Source: Chthonomonas calidirosea
Lineage (GTDB): Bacteria; Armatimonadota; Fimbriimonadia; Fimbriimonadales; Fimbriimonadaceae
Assembly: GCA_945859975.1 (NCBI GenBank)
Contig: CAMAPH010000003.1
Span: forward strand, 1-64,000
Direction: 5' to 3'
DNA length: 64,000 nucleotides
Position numbers and translations under genes: made by a program. Positions 28,752 through 39,147 of this stretch are shown piece after piece. The notes below the pieces were generated by a model, which saw only the letters and a program-made list of their open reading frames with translations, was not told where the DNA came from and ran no database searches. Position 1 is the stretch's first letter. The number at the start of each line of letters is the position of its first letter.

Positions 28752-30329
28752 ATGAAGCGCACCTTATCCGCCCTCCTACTCATGGGAGGAGCCGCCGCCG
28801 TTTGGGCTGGCAACGGCCCTTCCCCTGCCGACGTTCAAGCCATCGTTAAAGAAGGCAAAGAGCGCAATCAAGTCATGAAGCGATTGCGCGAACTCACCAA
28901 TATTGGACCCCGCCTTACCGGGTCACCCAACCTCTCCAAAGCCCAGACTTGGGCGGTCGGCCAGTTCAAAAAGTTTGGTCTGAGCAACGTCGCACTCGAT
29001 AAGTGGGGCGAGGTTCCCGTTGGCTTCGAACGTGGCGAGCGACAGATCGGCAAGATGGTCGCCCCGTTTGAGTCCGAGTTCGTCTTCACGACCCCGTGCT
29101 GGACTCCAGGAACGAAGGGACTCGTACGAGGCAACGCGTACCGCATGCCAAAGACCGTCGCGGAAGTTGAAGCGATGAAGCCGAAACTAAAGGGCGCGTT
29201 CATCATCATGCCCGAGCCCGTTGCCATGCGCGGTGCGCCGGTCGCGGAGACCGATGTGAGCAAAGCTCTTGACGAAGCCGGCATTGCCGCCCGAATCAGC
29301 GGTTCTCGCAACGAGCTCGTCACCTCGTTCGGGAACTGGCGCGACAAGACTTTTGAAAAGCGCCCAACCCGGACCGAGATCGTCGTCCGAAAGTCAGATC
29401 ACGAACGAATTCTTCGAAACATCGACCTCGGCCGAGACCCGGTCCTGGAATTCGATATCGAAAACAAGTGGATCAAGGGTCCTGTACCGCAGTACAACGT
29501 GGTTGCGGAACTCCCTGGCACCGACCTGAAAGATGAAGTCGTGATCGTTTGCGGCCACCTGGACTCCTGGAACACCCCCGGATCGCAAGGCGCATGTGAC
29601 AACGGAACCGGATCGGTAGCGACCATCGAAGCCGCTCGAATTCTTGCTGCTTCCGGCGTCAAGCCACGACGAACGATTCGATTCATCCTTTGGAGCGGCG
29701 AAGAGCAGGGCCTCCTTGGCTCTCGAAGCTACGTCGATCGTAACAAGGCGAGCATCGACAACATCGTCGCCGTTCTGAACGACGATGGCGGCACCAACTA
29801 CCAGGGCGGCTACGTCGGCCTTGCATCGCAGAAGTCGATTCTCGAAGCTGCGTTTGCCCCAACCGTTGCGGCGTTCCCAGAACTGCCGATGGCTTTTGAC
29901 ACTGTCGCCGCTCCGTCGGGCGGTGGTTCCAGTGACCACGCTTCTTTCGCCCAGGTTGGCGTTCCTGCGTACTTCACCAAAGAGTCCGGTCGCGCGAACT
30001 ACAGCTTCGTTTGGCACACCCAGAACGACCGCTACGAGCAAGCCATTCCGGAGTACATGGTCCAGAGCTCCACGAACCACGCAGTTGTGGCCTACCACCT
30101 TGCGACCATCGACGAGAAGCTCGCGCGATTCCCGGTCCGCCAGCCTGGTTCCGGCACGGTGGCCCTCAACCACGCACTCGCCATGGGATCTGACCGAATG
30201 TACGGCGACCCGCACTTCTGGAATGAAGATCACGGCCATGACCATGATCACGAGGACGACTACATCCTCGAGATTCTGGATCGCCTGAAACGAGCCGGAA
30301 GCGCCGCCCTCCGACTCGCTCATCGCTAA
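28752..30329 (+). CDS. secreted M28 family metallopeptidase
   Basis: Signal peptide; GPRLTGS, GHLDSW, GACDNGTG, SGEEQGLLGS, SDHASF, WHTQND. Confidence 0.92.
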   Translation: MKRTLSALLLMGGAAAVWAGNGPSPADVQAIVKEGKERNQVMKRLRELTNIGPRLTGSPNLSKAQTWAVGQFKKFGLSNVALDKWGEVPVGFERGERQIGKMVAPFESEFVFTTPCWTPGTKGLVRGNAYRMPKTVAEVEAMKPKLKGAFIIMPEPVAMRGAPVAETDVSKALDEAGIAARISGSRNELVTSFGNWRDKTFEKRPTRTEIVVRKSDHERILRNIDLGRDPVLEFDIENKWIKGPVPQYNVVAELPGTDLKDEVVIVCGHLDSWNTPGSQGACDNGTGSVATIEAARILAASGVKPRRTIRFILWSGEEQGLLGSRSYVDRNKASIDNIVAVLNDDGGTNYQGGYVGLASQKSILEAAFAPTVAAFPELPMAFDTVAAPSGGGSSDHASFAQVGVPAYFTKESGRANYSFVWHTQNDRYEQAIPEYMVQSSTNHAVVAYHLATIDEKLARFPVRQPGSGTVALNHALAMGSDRMYGDPHFWNEDHGHDHDHEDDYILEILDRLKRAGSAALRLAHR

Positions 30330-30341
30330 GCGGACGACCCC

Positions 30342-31985
30342 TTAGAGGGTCGGTCGCTTTCGGTGGAAATCAGTCGCCTCTTGCGCCAGTTTGGCAATCT
30401 GCAAGAGGCGATCTTCTTTGAACAGCCGCCCGATGATGCACTTGCCAAGGCTGTTCCCCTTCCCGTCGTCTCCCTGCGGGATCATGATCTGTGGGTGCCC
30501 GGTCAGGTTGACGTGCACGATCGTCTGCCCGATGCCGTTCCCTACGAACGCATCCAGATCGCCAAACTCCGTTTCAAACGTGCGCATGAGGTTCGCCCGA
30601 ATCCGCTGGGCCTGCAGATACTCCACCGCCGGAACATATCGCGCGGCGCGGAACGTGGCGGGCCACGGTGAGTTCTTCAGATCGTTCAGCCGCGGACTTC
30701 GCGTCAACTCGTCAAACGCCGAGCCGCATTCGACATCCAAAATCGTCAGCAGCCCCGGATCGTAAGCCGCAAACTTCACCGGTCGAATCGTCGCCCCCAA
30801 CTCAGCTAAGTTCATGAGGAAAGGATCCTCTGGCTTCAAATCGCTTGTGTATCCAATCTTGATGCCCTTCAGGTCCTTTATTGGCCGATAGTTGAACGGT
30901 CGATCAACCGTCGCAGGATCGCCGGCATCCGCCCCGATAATCGACGCAAACACGAGCGCACAGTCCTCGACCTCGCGGCAGATCGGACCGACCTTGTCCA
31001 TCGTGTAAGCCAGTTCCATCGCCCCGGTGCGACTCACGCGGCCGAATGTTGGCCGCAGACCGGTGGTCCGACAACGAAGACTCGGCGAACAAATGCTGCC
31101 CAACGTTTCGGTTCCGATAGCAAAGCTCACCAGTCCTGCCGCCGTCGCCGCGCAGCTTCCGGCGCTCGACCCGCTAGAACCCTGCTTGAGGTTCCAAGGG
31201 TTCTTGGTGACCCCGCCGTACCAAACATCGCCCAGCGCCAGCGCGCCGAGGGTCAGCTTTGCGCACAGAACGGCACCAGCTTCGCGGAGCTTCTGTACGA
31301 CCACGGCATCATAGTCGAGCACCTGGTTCTGGTATGGGGCCGCCCCCCAGCTCGTTTTGATGCCTTTGGTCGCAAACAAGTCTTTGACTCCATACGGAAT
31401 GCCGTGCAGTGGACCGCGGTACTTACCGTTTGCGATCTCGTCATCTGCCTGCTTAGCTTGAGCGAGCGCCAGATCCTCCGTGAGCGTCACCACGCACTCC
31501 AGCTTTGGCCCATAGAGCTTGAGCCGATTGAGATAAATCCGCGTCAGCTCGACCGAAGTGATCTTGCGATCTCGAATCATTTTGCCCTGCTCTCGGGTGC
31601 TCAGGAACGCGATATCTTCCTCGGTCAGCGAATTCAGCGCCGGAGTCTTGCTGGCCGAAGTCTGCACGCGAGACTTGCTCCCTGGAATCGTGCCACCCGC
31701 AATCGTCGCAAAGTGAATGCCCGGTGTGACTTGGGCTGCCCCAAGCTGCGCTCGCACACCTTCAAAGAGCTTCACCTGCTGTTTAACATCGTTCAGGAGA
31801 GCCTTTCTTTCATCATCCGTAAAGGAGATTCCGGCAATCTTTTCTGCAGCCTTAAGATCGTCAAGCGTGATCTCCGCGGCTTGGGCGCCATCGCCGAGCC
31901 CAAGGGCGCCTGCGGTAGCAGCAGGGATTACCGAACCGAGAGAGGCGAAGAGAGAAGCGCGGAACAGGTCTTTGCGCGAGAGCAT
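30342..31985 (-). CDS. amidase-signature family protein with a Tat-like signal peptide
   Basis: SRKDLF N-terminus; GPLHGIPYGVKDLF, GSSGSSAGS, GTETLGSI. Confidence 0.9.
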   Translation of the reverse strand: MLSRKDLFRASLFASLGSVIPAATAGALGLGDGAQAAEITLDDLKAAEKIAGISFTDDERKALLNDVKQQVKLFEGVRAQLGAAQVTPGIHFATIAGGTIPGSKSRVQTSASKTPALNSLTEEDIAFLSTREQGKMIRDRKITSVELTRIYLNRLKLYGPKLECVVTLTEDLALAQAKQADDEIANGKYRGPLHGIPYGVKDLFATKGIKTSWGAAPYQNQVLDYDAVVVQKLREAGAVLCAKLTLGALALGDVWYGGVTKNPWNLKQGSSGSSAGSCAATAAGLVSFAIGTETLGSICSPSLRCRTTGLRPTFGRVSRTGAMELAYTMDKVGPICREVEDCALVFASIIGADAGDPATVDRPFNYRPIKDLKGIKIGYTSDLKPEDPFLMNLAELGATIRPVKFAAYDPGLLTILDVECGSAFDELTRSPRLNDLKNSPWPATFRAARYVPAVEYLQAQRIRANLMRTFETEFGDLDAFVGNGIGQTIVHVNLTGHPQIMIPQGDDGKGNSLGKCIIGRLFKEDRLLQIAKLAQEATDFHRKRPTL

Positions 31986-32031
31986 AAAGCATTTTGCGCG
32001 AAGCCCTGGAATTTAGCGGCCAAAATATCAC

Positions 32032-32829
32032 GTGCACCCTCCGCAGGACTTTGTATCACTTTCTCAGCAAGTAGGTCTTCCCGAGGCAAACCTCGTGATT
32101 CTTGCAGAAGGCAACACCAGCATCCGAGCCGATGCCGCCAGTTTTTGGGTCAAAGCAAGTGGCCAATCCCTTCACGAGATCTCCGAGCGAGGATTCGTTC
32201 AAGTTGCCTTTGAACCGATCCTGCGGGCACTTGACCAAAGGCTCCAGGACTCCGAGGTCAAGGCCCTCTTAGAAGAGGCTAGTCTGGCAAGAAATGGGGC
32301 CAGACCATCGGTCGAAACCTTTATGCATGCGTGGCTGCTACAGCTTGCGAACGTCAATGTCGTCATCCACACGCACCCGACGGATTGCCTGGGCGACCTC
32401 TGCCAGACAACTGCTCCAACATGGATCGAAGAGCGCATCTTTCCGGACGAAATTGTTTGCTGCGGGCGAAAAGCGGTGTGGGTGCCCTATGAAGATCCGG
32501 GCCTGATCCTCGCAAAACGGATTGCGGAACGAGTGACGGCCTTTATCGAATCGGAAGGGGAAGTACCGAAAGTCATCGCACTCCAGAATCACGGAATCAT
32601 CACGCTCGGCGAAACGGGAGCGCAAGCGATGGCTGCTACGCGAATGACAGTAAAGGCAGTAAGAGCGAGGCACCTAAGCGCCGCAATTTCTAAGCCATTG
32701 TCAAAAACGGAGGTCGACCGGATTCACGTCCGGCCGGACGAGCACTACCGTCAACGAATGCTTTGGGGAGCTTCAGGCTTTCTTTCGTCGCCGAATGAAG
32801 GCAGCCGCTCCGGCCAAGACCAACAATGA
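32032..32829 (+). CDS. class II aldolase/adducin family protein
   Basis: EGNTS, VKASG, PSVETFMH, HTHP, LQNHG. Confidence 0.88.
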   Translation: MHPPQDFVSLSQQVGLPEANLVILAEGNTSIRADAASFWVKASGQSLHEISERGFVQVAFEPILRALDQRLQDSEVKALLEEASLARNGARPSVETFMHAWLLQLANVNVVIHTHPTDCLGDLCQTTAPTWIEERIFPDEIVCCGRKAVWVPYEDPGLILAKRIAERVTAFIESEGEVPKVIALQNHGIITLGETGAQAMAATRMTVKAVRARHLSAAISKPLSKTEVDRIHVRPDEHYRQRMLWGASGFLSSPNEGSRSGQDQQ

Positions 32830-33543
32830 TGATGGTTCTGGAACTGGTGGTCGGTTACCACCGCCGCCACCTGGGCGGATGATCAATGGCGGAATAGCCA
32901 AGATTCCGAGCCATGGAGAAAGTCCTGCGGCGGCGGCAACCGGAATGATGGGTGCTGCTGTTGGTTCGATCATCGATTCCGTGACGCTTGTCACTTCCTC
33001 CGCGGTCTCAATCGCCGGGAGATCCGGCGTGATCGCCGTATCGATGATGCTCATTTCCGGCTCAGTTGCCGATGCGTAAACTTCTTCTGGGGCGACCGTC
33101 GCAAGCTCGACAGGCTTAATTTCCGTCGTGATTCCGGCAGTAAGTCCTACGGGAGGAACAACCGCCATTGGGTTGCCACATGAACGCTTCAAGATGGGCT
33201 TGCCGGTTCGATCTACGAAGGCTAGGGTCCCTTTCTTGAAGAGGAGCTTTTTCTTCCCAACCTTCAGCTTCGAGTCAACGTTGTAGACCTCGTAGCGACG
33301 GGTGACCGGAAGGGGCTTTAGGGTAAGGCCGCTGAAGACTCGCTTCAACTGGTTCTTATCCATCATGAAGTGCTTTGAGAATCGCTTCGCGACCAAGGGA
33401 TCTTGGTCGACCTGCTTCAGCAACTCTTTAGTGGAGAAAACGGGCTTGTTAAGAAAAGCACCCTGTTCCATTTTCTGGGCGCTTGCCACTGTCGTCAAAC
33501 CTACGACAAGTATCCCAGCGATAAAAATATTGACCGTCTTCAA
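32773..33543 (-). CDS. PEP-CTERM sorting-domain surface protein
   Basis: Signal peptide; C-terminal VPEPSSLLVLAGAAAFIRRRKKA. Confidence 0.88.
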   Translation of the reverse strand: MKTVNIFIAGILVVGLTTVASAQKMEQGAFLNKPVFSTKELLKQVDQDPLVAKRFSKHFMMDKNQLKRVFSGLTLKPLPVTRRYEVYNVDSKLKVGKKKLLFKKGTLAFVDRTGKPILKRSCGNPMAVVPPVGLTAGITTEIKPVELATVAPEEVYASATEPEMSIIDTAITPDLPAIETAEEVTSVTESMIEPTAAPIIPVAAAAGLSPWLGILAIPPLIIRPGGGGGNRPPVPEPSSLLVLAGAAAFIRRRKKA

Positions 33544-33623
33544 GCTAAAGCACCCACAACCAAGTTTCTCAACCCGTTGTGGAAACTATAGACCTGTTCT
33601 CAACCCCTTTCCGGTCGCACGTT

Positions 33624-34256
33624 TCAGGTACGACGTGTTTCCGGGACAAGCTCGAGCATCACGAACTGCTCTTCTTCAACCTCGATTGGCCGCACAAGCA
33701 CATCCCAACCTTCCTCGGGAACGGCGCTAAACCTTAACGAAATTGTTGAAGATTGGTTCTGGCTGAGTGCACCCGACATGGCCTCTCGCAAGGCATCCTG
33801 ATCGGTCGCGGCAACTTGCCACTCAAATGGATCGGTGAAAACAATTCCGGATTCCCGGTTGGTGTATCGCGGGAAACCTTCCGCATCCAGAACGACCACG
33901 CGGGTTTGCAAGTGCTGAAGTGCAATCAGGGCGAATCGCAACGTCTCTGATTCGCTTGGGTGCTGACGTCCGCTCAGCTCCAAAAGCAGGTGGTCTGTGA
34001 CTTCCCGAAGACACTCATTCAGTTCAGAAATCTCATCAATTGAGGCCTCAGCCTGCAACCGGACAACCTTGGCCACAACTTCGGTTCGGCTGGCCGCAGA
34101 ATATTTGCTCAGAATACGGCGCCAGTACGTACCAACCGTTTCGGGGCTCAGATTCAATCTGGCGGCGATTTCCTTGTCGGTCATGCCTTCGGCCGCAAGC
34201 AACAAGATTTGGTCTTGTCGGCTCTTACCTTGTTCTTGGATTGATTCCGGGTTCAT
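33624..34256 (-). CDS. LuxR-type HTH regulator with a C-terminal PAS-like domain
   Basis: RQDQILLLAAEGMTDKEIAARLNLSPETVGTYWRRILSK; then VVVLDAEG..RYTN. Confidence 0.82.
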   Translation of the reverse strand: MNPESIQEQGKSRQDQILLLAAEGMTDKEIAARLNLSPETVGTYWRRILSKYSAASRTEVVAKVVRLQAEASIDEISELNECLREVTDHLLLELSGRQHPSESETLRFALIALQHLQTRVVVLDAEGFPRYTNRESGIVFTDPFEWQVAATDQDALREAMSGALSQNQSSTISLRFSAVPEEGWDVLVRPIEVEEEQFVMLELVPETRRT

Positions 34257-34369
34257 AGCGCAGTCTCATTATGGACCTAATAGGAATTTTCTTTAAGCCA
34301 GCAATTTAGGCAAAAATCCGTCAATACCCAACAGTTCTGGCGCTTCGTGCCCTACAATTGAGTCCTGCT

Positions 34370-34717
34370 ATGAATAGCGTACAAATTTCGAGCCACAAGG
34401 ACGGTGGAATTGTCACGGTGTATTTGAGCGGCCAGGCCCTGGATGCTTCGAACGTGCAACGGTTCCGACACGACACGGCCACGATGTTTGACAGCGAGAA
34501 GTTCTTTGTCTTTGTGCTCAAAGATCTGAAGTTTGTTGACTCGTCCGGTATCGGCGCCCTTCTCTCCTGCTTGCGAAAAGCTCACGCCAACGGCGGAGAC
34601 GTAAAACTGGCAGAAGTGCCAGACAACGTTAAGAGCCTGTTTGAGCTTGTTCGAATGGACCGCTTGTTCGAGATCTTTCCAACCAAGGAAGATGCAGCCG
34701 TAACATTCCGCTCGTAA
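34370..34717 (+). CDS. STAS-domain anti-sigma factor antagonist (RsbV/SpoIIAA-like)
   Basis: LDASN, LKFVDSSGIGALL, LFELVRMDRLFEIF. Confidence 0.92.
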   Translation: MNSVQISSHKDGGIVTVYLSGQALDASNVQRFRHDTATMFDSEKFFVFVLKDLKFVDSSGIGALLSCLRKAHANGGDVKLAEVPDNVKSLFELVRMDRLFEIFPTKEDAAVTFRS

Positions 34718-34724
34718 CGCCCGC

Positions 34725-36311
34725 ATGAAAATTCTCATTGCGGACGATGAGCAAGTCTCCCGCATGGTTCTGGACCGCACCTTGCGGGCCCTGGACTATG
34801 ACGTCGACGTAGCCGTCGATGGGCGCCAAGCTTGGGAGATGCTCGAGGCCCGGCATTACTCAATCGTCATTGCCGACTGGGTCATGCCAGAAGTTGACGG
34901 AATTGAGCTCTGCCAGCGAATTCGCCGTGCGAATGTCGAGGCGTACACCTACGTCATCCTTCTCACCTCAAAATTCGAAAAGACCGATCGACTTACCGGC
35001 CTCACCGCCGGTGCGGACGACTTCATCACGAAACCGTTTGATCGCGCGGAGCTCAGCGCGCGCCTCGGCGTTGCGCGGAGAATCTTGCGGATGGAAACCG
35101 AGCTTCGGGATGCCAAACAGCGCATCGAGGAAAAGCGCCGGCAAGAAATCGAAATTGGCGCGAATATTCAGCGTTCGTTGCTGATGGCGCGTCCGCCCGA
35201 AGGCGCGACGGCTTTTGAGTTTGCCGCCATGAACTTGCCTTCAACCGCGATTGATGGCGACTTCTTCGACTTCTTTGTTCACCGCTCGACAGTCGTCGAT
35301 GTCTTCGTTGGCGACGCAATGGGCAAAGGTATTCTTGCCGCCCTCATCGGTGCTGGAACCAAGAACACCCTCCTGCGTAGCATCAGCCGACTACTTTCAG
35401 ATACAGGCAACGGCCGGTTGCCATCCCCTCGAGACGTTGTTCAGACCGCGCACAGCACCCTTGCTCGGGAGCTCATCCGACTTAACGCGTTTGTGACGCT
35501 CGAATACGCTCGGCTTGATAGCGAAAAGAAGATTGCCACCTTCGTCGACTGCGGACACACCAAAGTCTTGCACTGGGTTGCAAAGGACCAGAAGACCCAC
35601 GAGCTAAGCGGCGGCAACTTCCCCATCGGCTTTGTTCCCGAGGAAACCTACGGCCAGTTCGAAGTTCCCTTTGAAGATGGCGATGTCTTCTGCTTCTATT
35701 CCGATGGCGTGACGGACGCTCGGGCCAGCGACGGCGATTTCTTCGGCTCGGACAGACTCGTAGAATTGCTTGGCAAGCACGCTCATGAAAGCCCCAGCGA
35801 GCTTATGTATCGACTTCGCGAAGCCATTCGAAGTCACACATCTGACCTCGACTTGGACGACGACTTCACCGTCGTGATTGTTCGCGTTGGTTCACCCGCC
35901 GAGCCGTGGGAATCCACCCAGCGAGGCTTCCGTAGCGACCTCAGTTCGCTCACGGAAATGCGGCAGTTTGTGGGCTTCGTCGGACTCGACTGCAATTTGG
36001 ACGCGAAGGAGATCGATGAGCTGCAGCTTGCGACGCACGAGGCGCTTACGAACGTCATCATGCACGCGCACGAAAATTCCGGGCACGAAGTGATCGACAT
36101 CGAAGCTGAGCGTCTTAACAACGGCATCAGGGTTCGAATCGTTTACACCGGAGAAGGTTTTGCCCCGGGCGAAGTGGACGAGCCGTCCATGAACATCTAT
36201 CGAGAAGGTGGTTGGGGACTCTTCATCATCCAGCGCTGCGTAGATAAGGTGAGCTACGGAACCTCTCGGCCCGGCGTCAACTACATCGAGCTTGTCAAGC
36301 TCACTCCGTAG
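34725..36311 (+). CDS. receiver + SpoIIE/PP2C phosphatase + RsbW-like HATPase fusion
   Basis: ILIADD..DWVMP..KPF; DGDFFD, VGDAMGKG, YSDGVTD, DDFT; HEALTNVIMHA, EGGWGLFII. Confidence 0.9.
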   Translation: MKILIADDEQVSRMVLDRTLRALDYDVDVAVDGRQAWEMLEARHYSIVIADWVMPEVDGIELCQRIRRANVEAYTYVILLTSKFEKTDRLTGLTAGADDFITKPFDRAELSARLGVARRILRMETELRDAKQRIEEKRRQEIEIGANIQRSLLMARPPEGATAFEFAAMNLPSTAIDGDFFDFFVHRSTVVDVFVGDAMGKGILAALIGAGTKNTLLRSISRLLSDTGNGRLPSPRDVVQTAHSTLARELIRLNAFVTLEYARLDSEKKIATFVDCGHTKVLHWVAKDQKTHELSGGNFPIGFVPEETYGQFEVPFEDGDVFCFYSDGVTDARASDGDFFGSDRLVELLGKHAHESPSELMYRLREAIRSHTSDLDLDDDFTVVIVRVGSPAEPWESTQRGFRSDLSSLTEMRQFVGFVGLDCNLDAKEIDELQLATHEALTNVIMHAHENSGHEVIDIEAERLNNGIRVRIVYTGEGFAPGEVDEPSMNIYREGGWGLFIIQRCVDKVSYGTSRPGVNYIELVKLTP

Positions 36312-36353
36312 TTCTTCGGCGTTAGGATACGCACCCGGACGCGCTAAACTATA

Positions 36354-36380
36354 AAGGTCGGTTGGCTCTCAACTGACCTT
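36354..36380 (+). promoter_or_regulatory. 5'-UTR hairpin upstream of a helicase gene
   Basis: AAGGTCGGTTG-GCTCT-CAACTGACCTT directly after a TAAACT -10-like box (36345-36350). Confidence 0.45.
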
Positions 36381-36391
36381 CCACTGCTCCG

Positions 36392-38245
36392 ATGGGTTAT
36401 CACCTTTTTGACGGCGACGACATGGTCGTGCCGGGTCAAGCCGCCCCCATCGTCCTACGGGACTATCAAGAAAAAGCCCGTGCTGCGGTGCTCGCCGCTC
36501 GAGATCGTGGACTGCACCGAATCATGGTGGTCATGCCCACCGGTACTGGCAAGACGACCCTCTTCGCGTCCTTGATCGACGAGTTCGATCGAACGTACAA
36601 ACAGACTTCCCTTGTGGTCGCACACCGGCAAGAGCTACTCCAGCAGGCCGCCAAGCGAATCATCGCGATGGCCCCGCGCCTTCCTCTGGGTATCGAGGGT
36701 GGAGATGCGAAAGCGCCCTTCGAAAGTCGAGTGGTTGTTGCCGGCGTACAAACCGTCGGTCGCCCTCTCACCGACCGCCTCAACTGGTTCAAGCCCGGAT
36801 TGCTGATAATGGACGAAGGGCACCACGCCCCGGCTGATACCTGGCAAAACGTCATGCGTCGGTTCGGCTCCTACTCGGGGGACTGTTTCACCCTTGCCGT
36901 AACCGCAACCGACCACCGAATGGACAACCGCCCGCTTCACGGCAGCGAGTCGGCCATTTTTGAGGACGTTGTGTTTCGGTATCCGTTGCGTCAGGCGGTG
37001 GCGGACGGGTGGCTCGTTGATCTTCGTGGCTTTCGGGTTGCGACCGGCGTCGATCTCAGCGGAGTGAAGACCCAATTGGGCGACTATAACACCGCCCAGC
37101 TTGCCCGTGCGGTCAACGTTGAAAAGCGAAACTGGATCGCGTTTCAACACTGGGCAGAGATCGCGAGTGACCGCCGGACCATCGTGTTTTGCGTAGACGT
37201 TGCGCATGCTACTGATGTTGCTGAGCTGTTCCGCAGCCAGGGCTTCGCCGCTGAAAGTGTTGACGGCACGATGAAGCCTGAGCATCGCGAGGCGATCATG
37301 CATCGCTTCCAAACCGGCAGAACCCAGGTGCTGGTGAACGTGGAAGTGGCCACGGAAGGATATGACGCACCGGAAGCCAGCTGCGTATTGATGCTGCGCC
37401 CAACGCAGAGCTGGGCCCTTTACACTCAGATGGCCGGTCGCGGCGTGCGAACGCTCGCCCGGACCGTCGATGGCTTATCCACGCCGTTTGAGCGTCTAGA
37501 AGCCATTCGGCAATCCGGCAAACCCGACTGCTATGTCATTGATGTCGTTGACGTCAGTACCCAGTTCAGCCTCACTAGCCCGCCGGAGGATGAAGACATG
37601 CCGAAGAAGGCACCTGCCCCGGCAAGCGCAGCGGGGCTTGTCGGCTTACCGCCAGATTTTGACCTGCAAGGGCACAGTCTGTTTGAAGCCGCCGAATGGG
37701 TGGACGAACTTGAGCCAAGACAGCGCGCCGAAATGTTCCGGCGACCAATGTCTTTTGATGATCTCAGCACCGTCCTCAGCGAAGTTGACCTGCTTCGGGA
37801 ACTCAGCATTCCCGAAGAAATCCTTGGCGTCAGTCGACTGGCTTGGATGAAGACCGGTGAGAACGAGTACTTCCTCCCTTGCGGCCCCAGTCGGCTTGAC
37901 GGCGATCGCCGCGCCAGAATTTTGATCGACGAACTTGGCCGCTATAACCTAAGCCTCGAATCGGACCAAATGGGCTATGGCCAAATGCCACTCGGTGACG
38001 ACCTTCAGGCTGCCTTTGATGAGGCTGACCGACTGATTCACATGACCTTCCCCGATTGCGGAGAGATCGTAAAGGCGAATGCTGCCTGGAGAGATGAGCC
38101 ACCGACCGCAAGCCAGCGAGAAACCCTCCGTCGCCTTGGCGCTGACCCTGAAATAATCGGGACCGTGCAAACGCGTGGACAAGCCAGAGCTTTGATCGAA
38201 TCGTTTAAACTTGGACGCGTCAGGCGACGACGAACGGGAAGATAG
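36392..38245 (+). CDS. SF2 DExH helicase (ResIII/SSL2/Irc3-like)
   Basis: LRDYQ, MPTGTGKT, VAHRQELL, DEGHH, TATD, TEGYDAP, QMAGRGVR. Confidence 0.9.
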   Translation: MGYHLFDGDDMVVPGQAAPIVLRDYQEKARAAVLAARDRGLHRIMVVMPTGTGKTTLFASLIDEFDRTYKQTSLVVAHRQELLQQAAKRIIAMAPRLPLGIEGGDAKAPFESRVVVAGVQTVGRPLTDRLNWFKPGLLIMDEGHHAPADTWQNVMRRFGSYSGDCFTLAVTATDHRMDNRPLHGSESAIFEDVVFRYPLRQAVADGWLVDLRGFRVATGVDLSGVKTQLGDYNTAQLARAVNVEKRNWIAFQHWAEIASDRRTIVFCVDVAHATDVAELFRSQGFAAESVDGTMKPEHREAIMHRFQTGRTQVLVNVEVATEGYDAPEASCVLMLRPTQSWALYTQMAGRGVRTLARTVDGLSTPFERLEAIRQSGKPDCYVIDVVDVSTQFSLTSPPEDEDMPKKAPAPASAAGLVGLPPDFDLQGHSLFEAAEWVDELEPRQRAEMFRRPMSFDDLSTVLSEVDLLRELSIPEEILGVSRLAWMKTGENEYFLPCGPSRLDGDRRARILIDELGRYNLSLESDQMGYGQMPLGDDLQAAFDEADRLIHMTFPDCGEIVKANAAWRDEPPTASQRETLRRLGADPEIIGTVQTRGQARALIESFKLGRVRRRRTGR

Positions 38246-38247
38246 CA

Positions 38248-39147
38248 ATGAACGCACCTTGGCTCGGCGACTTTCCCATCGATCTCGAAACCGCTCGCGC
38301 GGTCATACAGAGCCAGTTCCCTCAACCTGCACAGCAGTCGATTCGGTTTCTTGGCTCCGGCTGGGACAATCAGGCTTTTCTAGTTGACGAGATTGGGGTG
38401 TTTCGGTTTCCTCACCGTCAGTTGGCCGTCGAACTCATCAAAAAGGAATGTCGATGGCTGCCGGCGTTGGCGAAGCAACTGCCCTTGCCAACCAGCACGC
38501 CAACATGGATTGGTGAGCCAAGCGAACTGTTTCCGTTTCCGTTTGCGGGGTCACCATTTATTCCGGGTGAATCTCTCGATCGGGCTTTGTACGCAGAAGA
38601 GCGGCTTGTCCACCGCATTGGTGACTTTTTGCGGAAGCTTCACGAGGTTCCAATCCATGGCGACGCAATATTGGATGATCTCCAGAAAGCCGACATTCCG
38701 TTTCGGATCGAGCTACTGCGTAAACAGGTTTCCTTAGGTGGGTTCAATTCCGAAGACGAGCTCGCAATAGAACGCGCTTTTGAGGCGGCTCTAAATACAC
38801 GATCCGCCATGCACCGAACTTGGGTTCACGGTGACCTGTACCCTCGACATGTGATTGTTCAGTCGGATGGGGAGGTATCGGGAATCATCGACTGGGGTGA
38901 TTTGCACGTCGGCGATCCGGCCCTGGATGTGTCGATCGTTTTTGCCTTGCTTAACCCAATCGATCAAGAGCCCTTCTGGAGTGCGTACGGAAACGCTGAT
39001 CCAGACCTCAGAATTCGCGCCGCCTTTCGCGCGTTACATTACGGAATCGTCCTTCGATCTTTCGGCCGGGAAGCATCCGACGAAGCCATCGCTCGAACGG
39101 CGGACCGTTATCTACGGTCCGCCCTTAAGTTCTTCGAAAGGTATTAG
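38248..39147 (+). CDS. aminoglycoside phosphotransferase (APH)-family kinase
   Basis: GSGWDN, FRFP, HGDLYPRH, IIDWGD, GDPALD. Confidence 0.88.
   Translation: MNAPWLGDFPIDLETARAVIQSQFPQPAQQSIRFLGSGWDNQAFLVDEIGVFRFPHRQLAVELIKKECRWLPALAKQLPLPTSTPTWIGEPSELFPFPFAGSPFIPGESLDRALYAEERLVHRIGDFLRKLHEVPIHGDAILDDLQKADIPFRIELLRKQVSLGGFNSEDELAIERAFEAALNTRSAMHRTWVHGDLYPRHVIVQSDGEVSGIIDWGDLHVGDPALDVSIVFALLNPIDQEPFWSAYGNADPDLRIRAAFRALHYGIVLRSFGREASDEAIARTADRYLRSALKFFERY

Noticed and set aside
32032..32829. Class II aldolase as mtnB of methionine salvage
   Set aside because: It is far from mtnA, and its motifs (EGNTS, VKASG, FPDEIV) look more like sugar-phosphate aldolase-type members; it cannot be assigned.
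38248..39147. APH-family gene as a bona fide antibiotic-resistance gene
   Set aside because: Only generic kinase-fold motifs; substrate cannot be inferred, and there is no mobile context.
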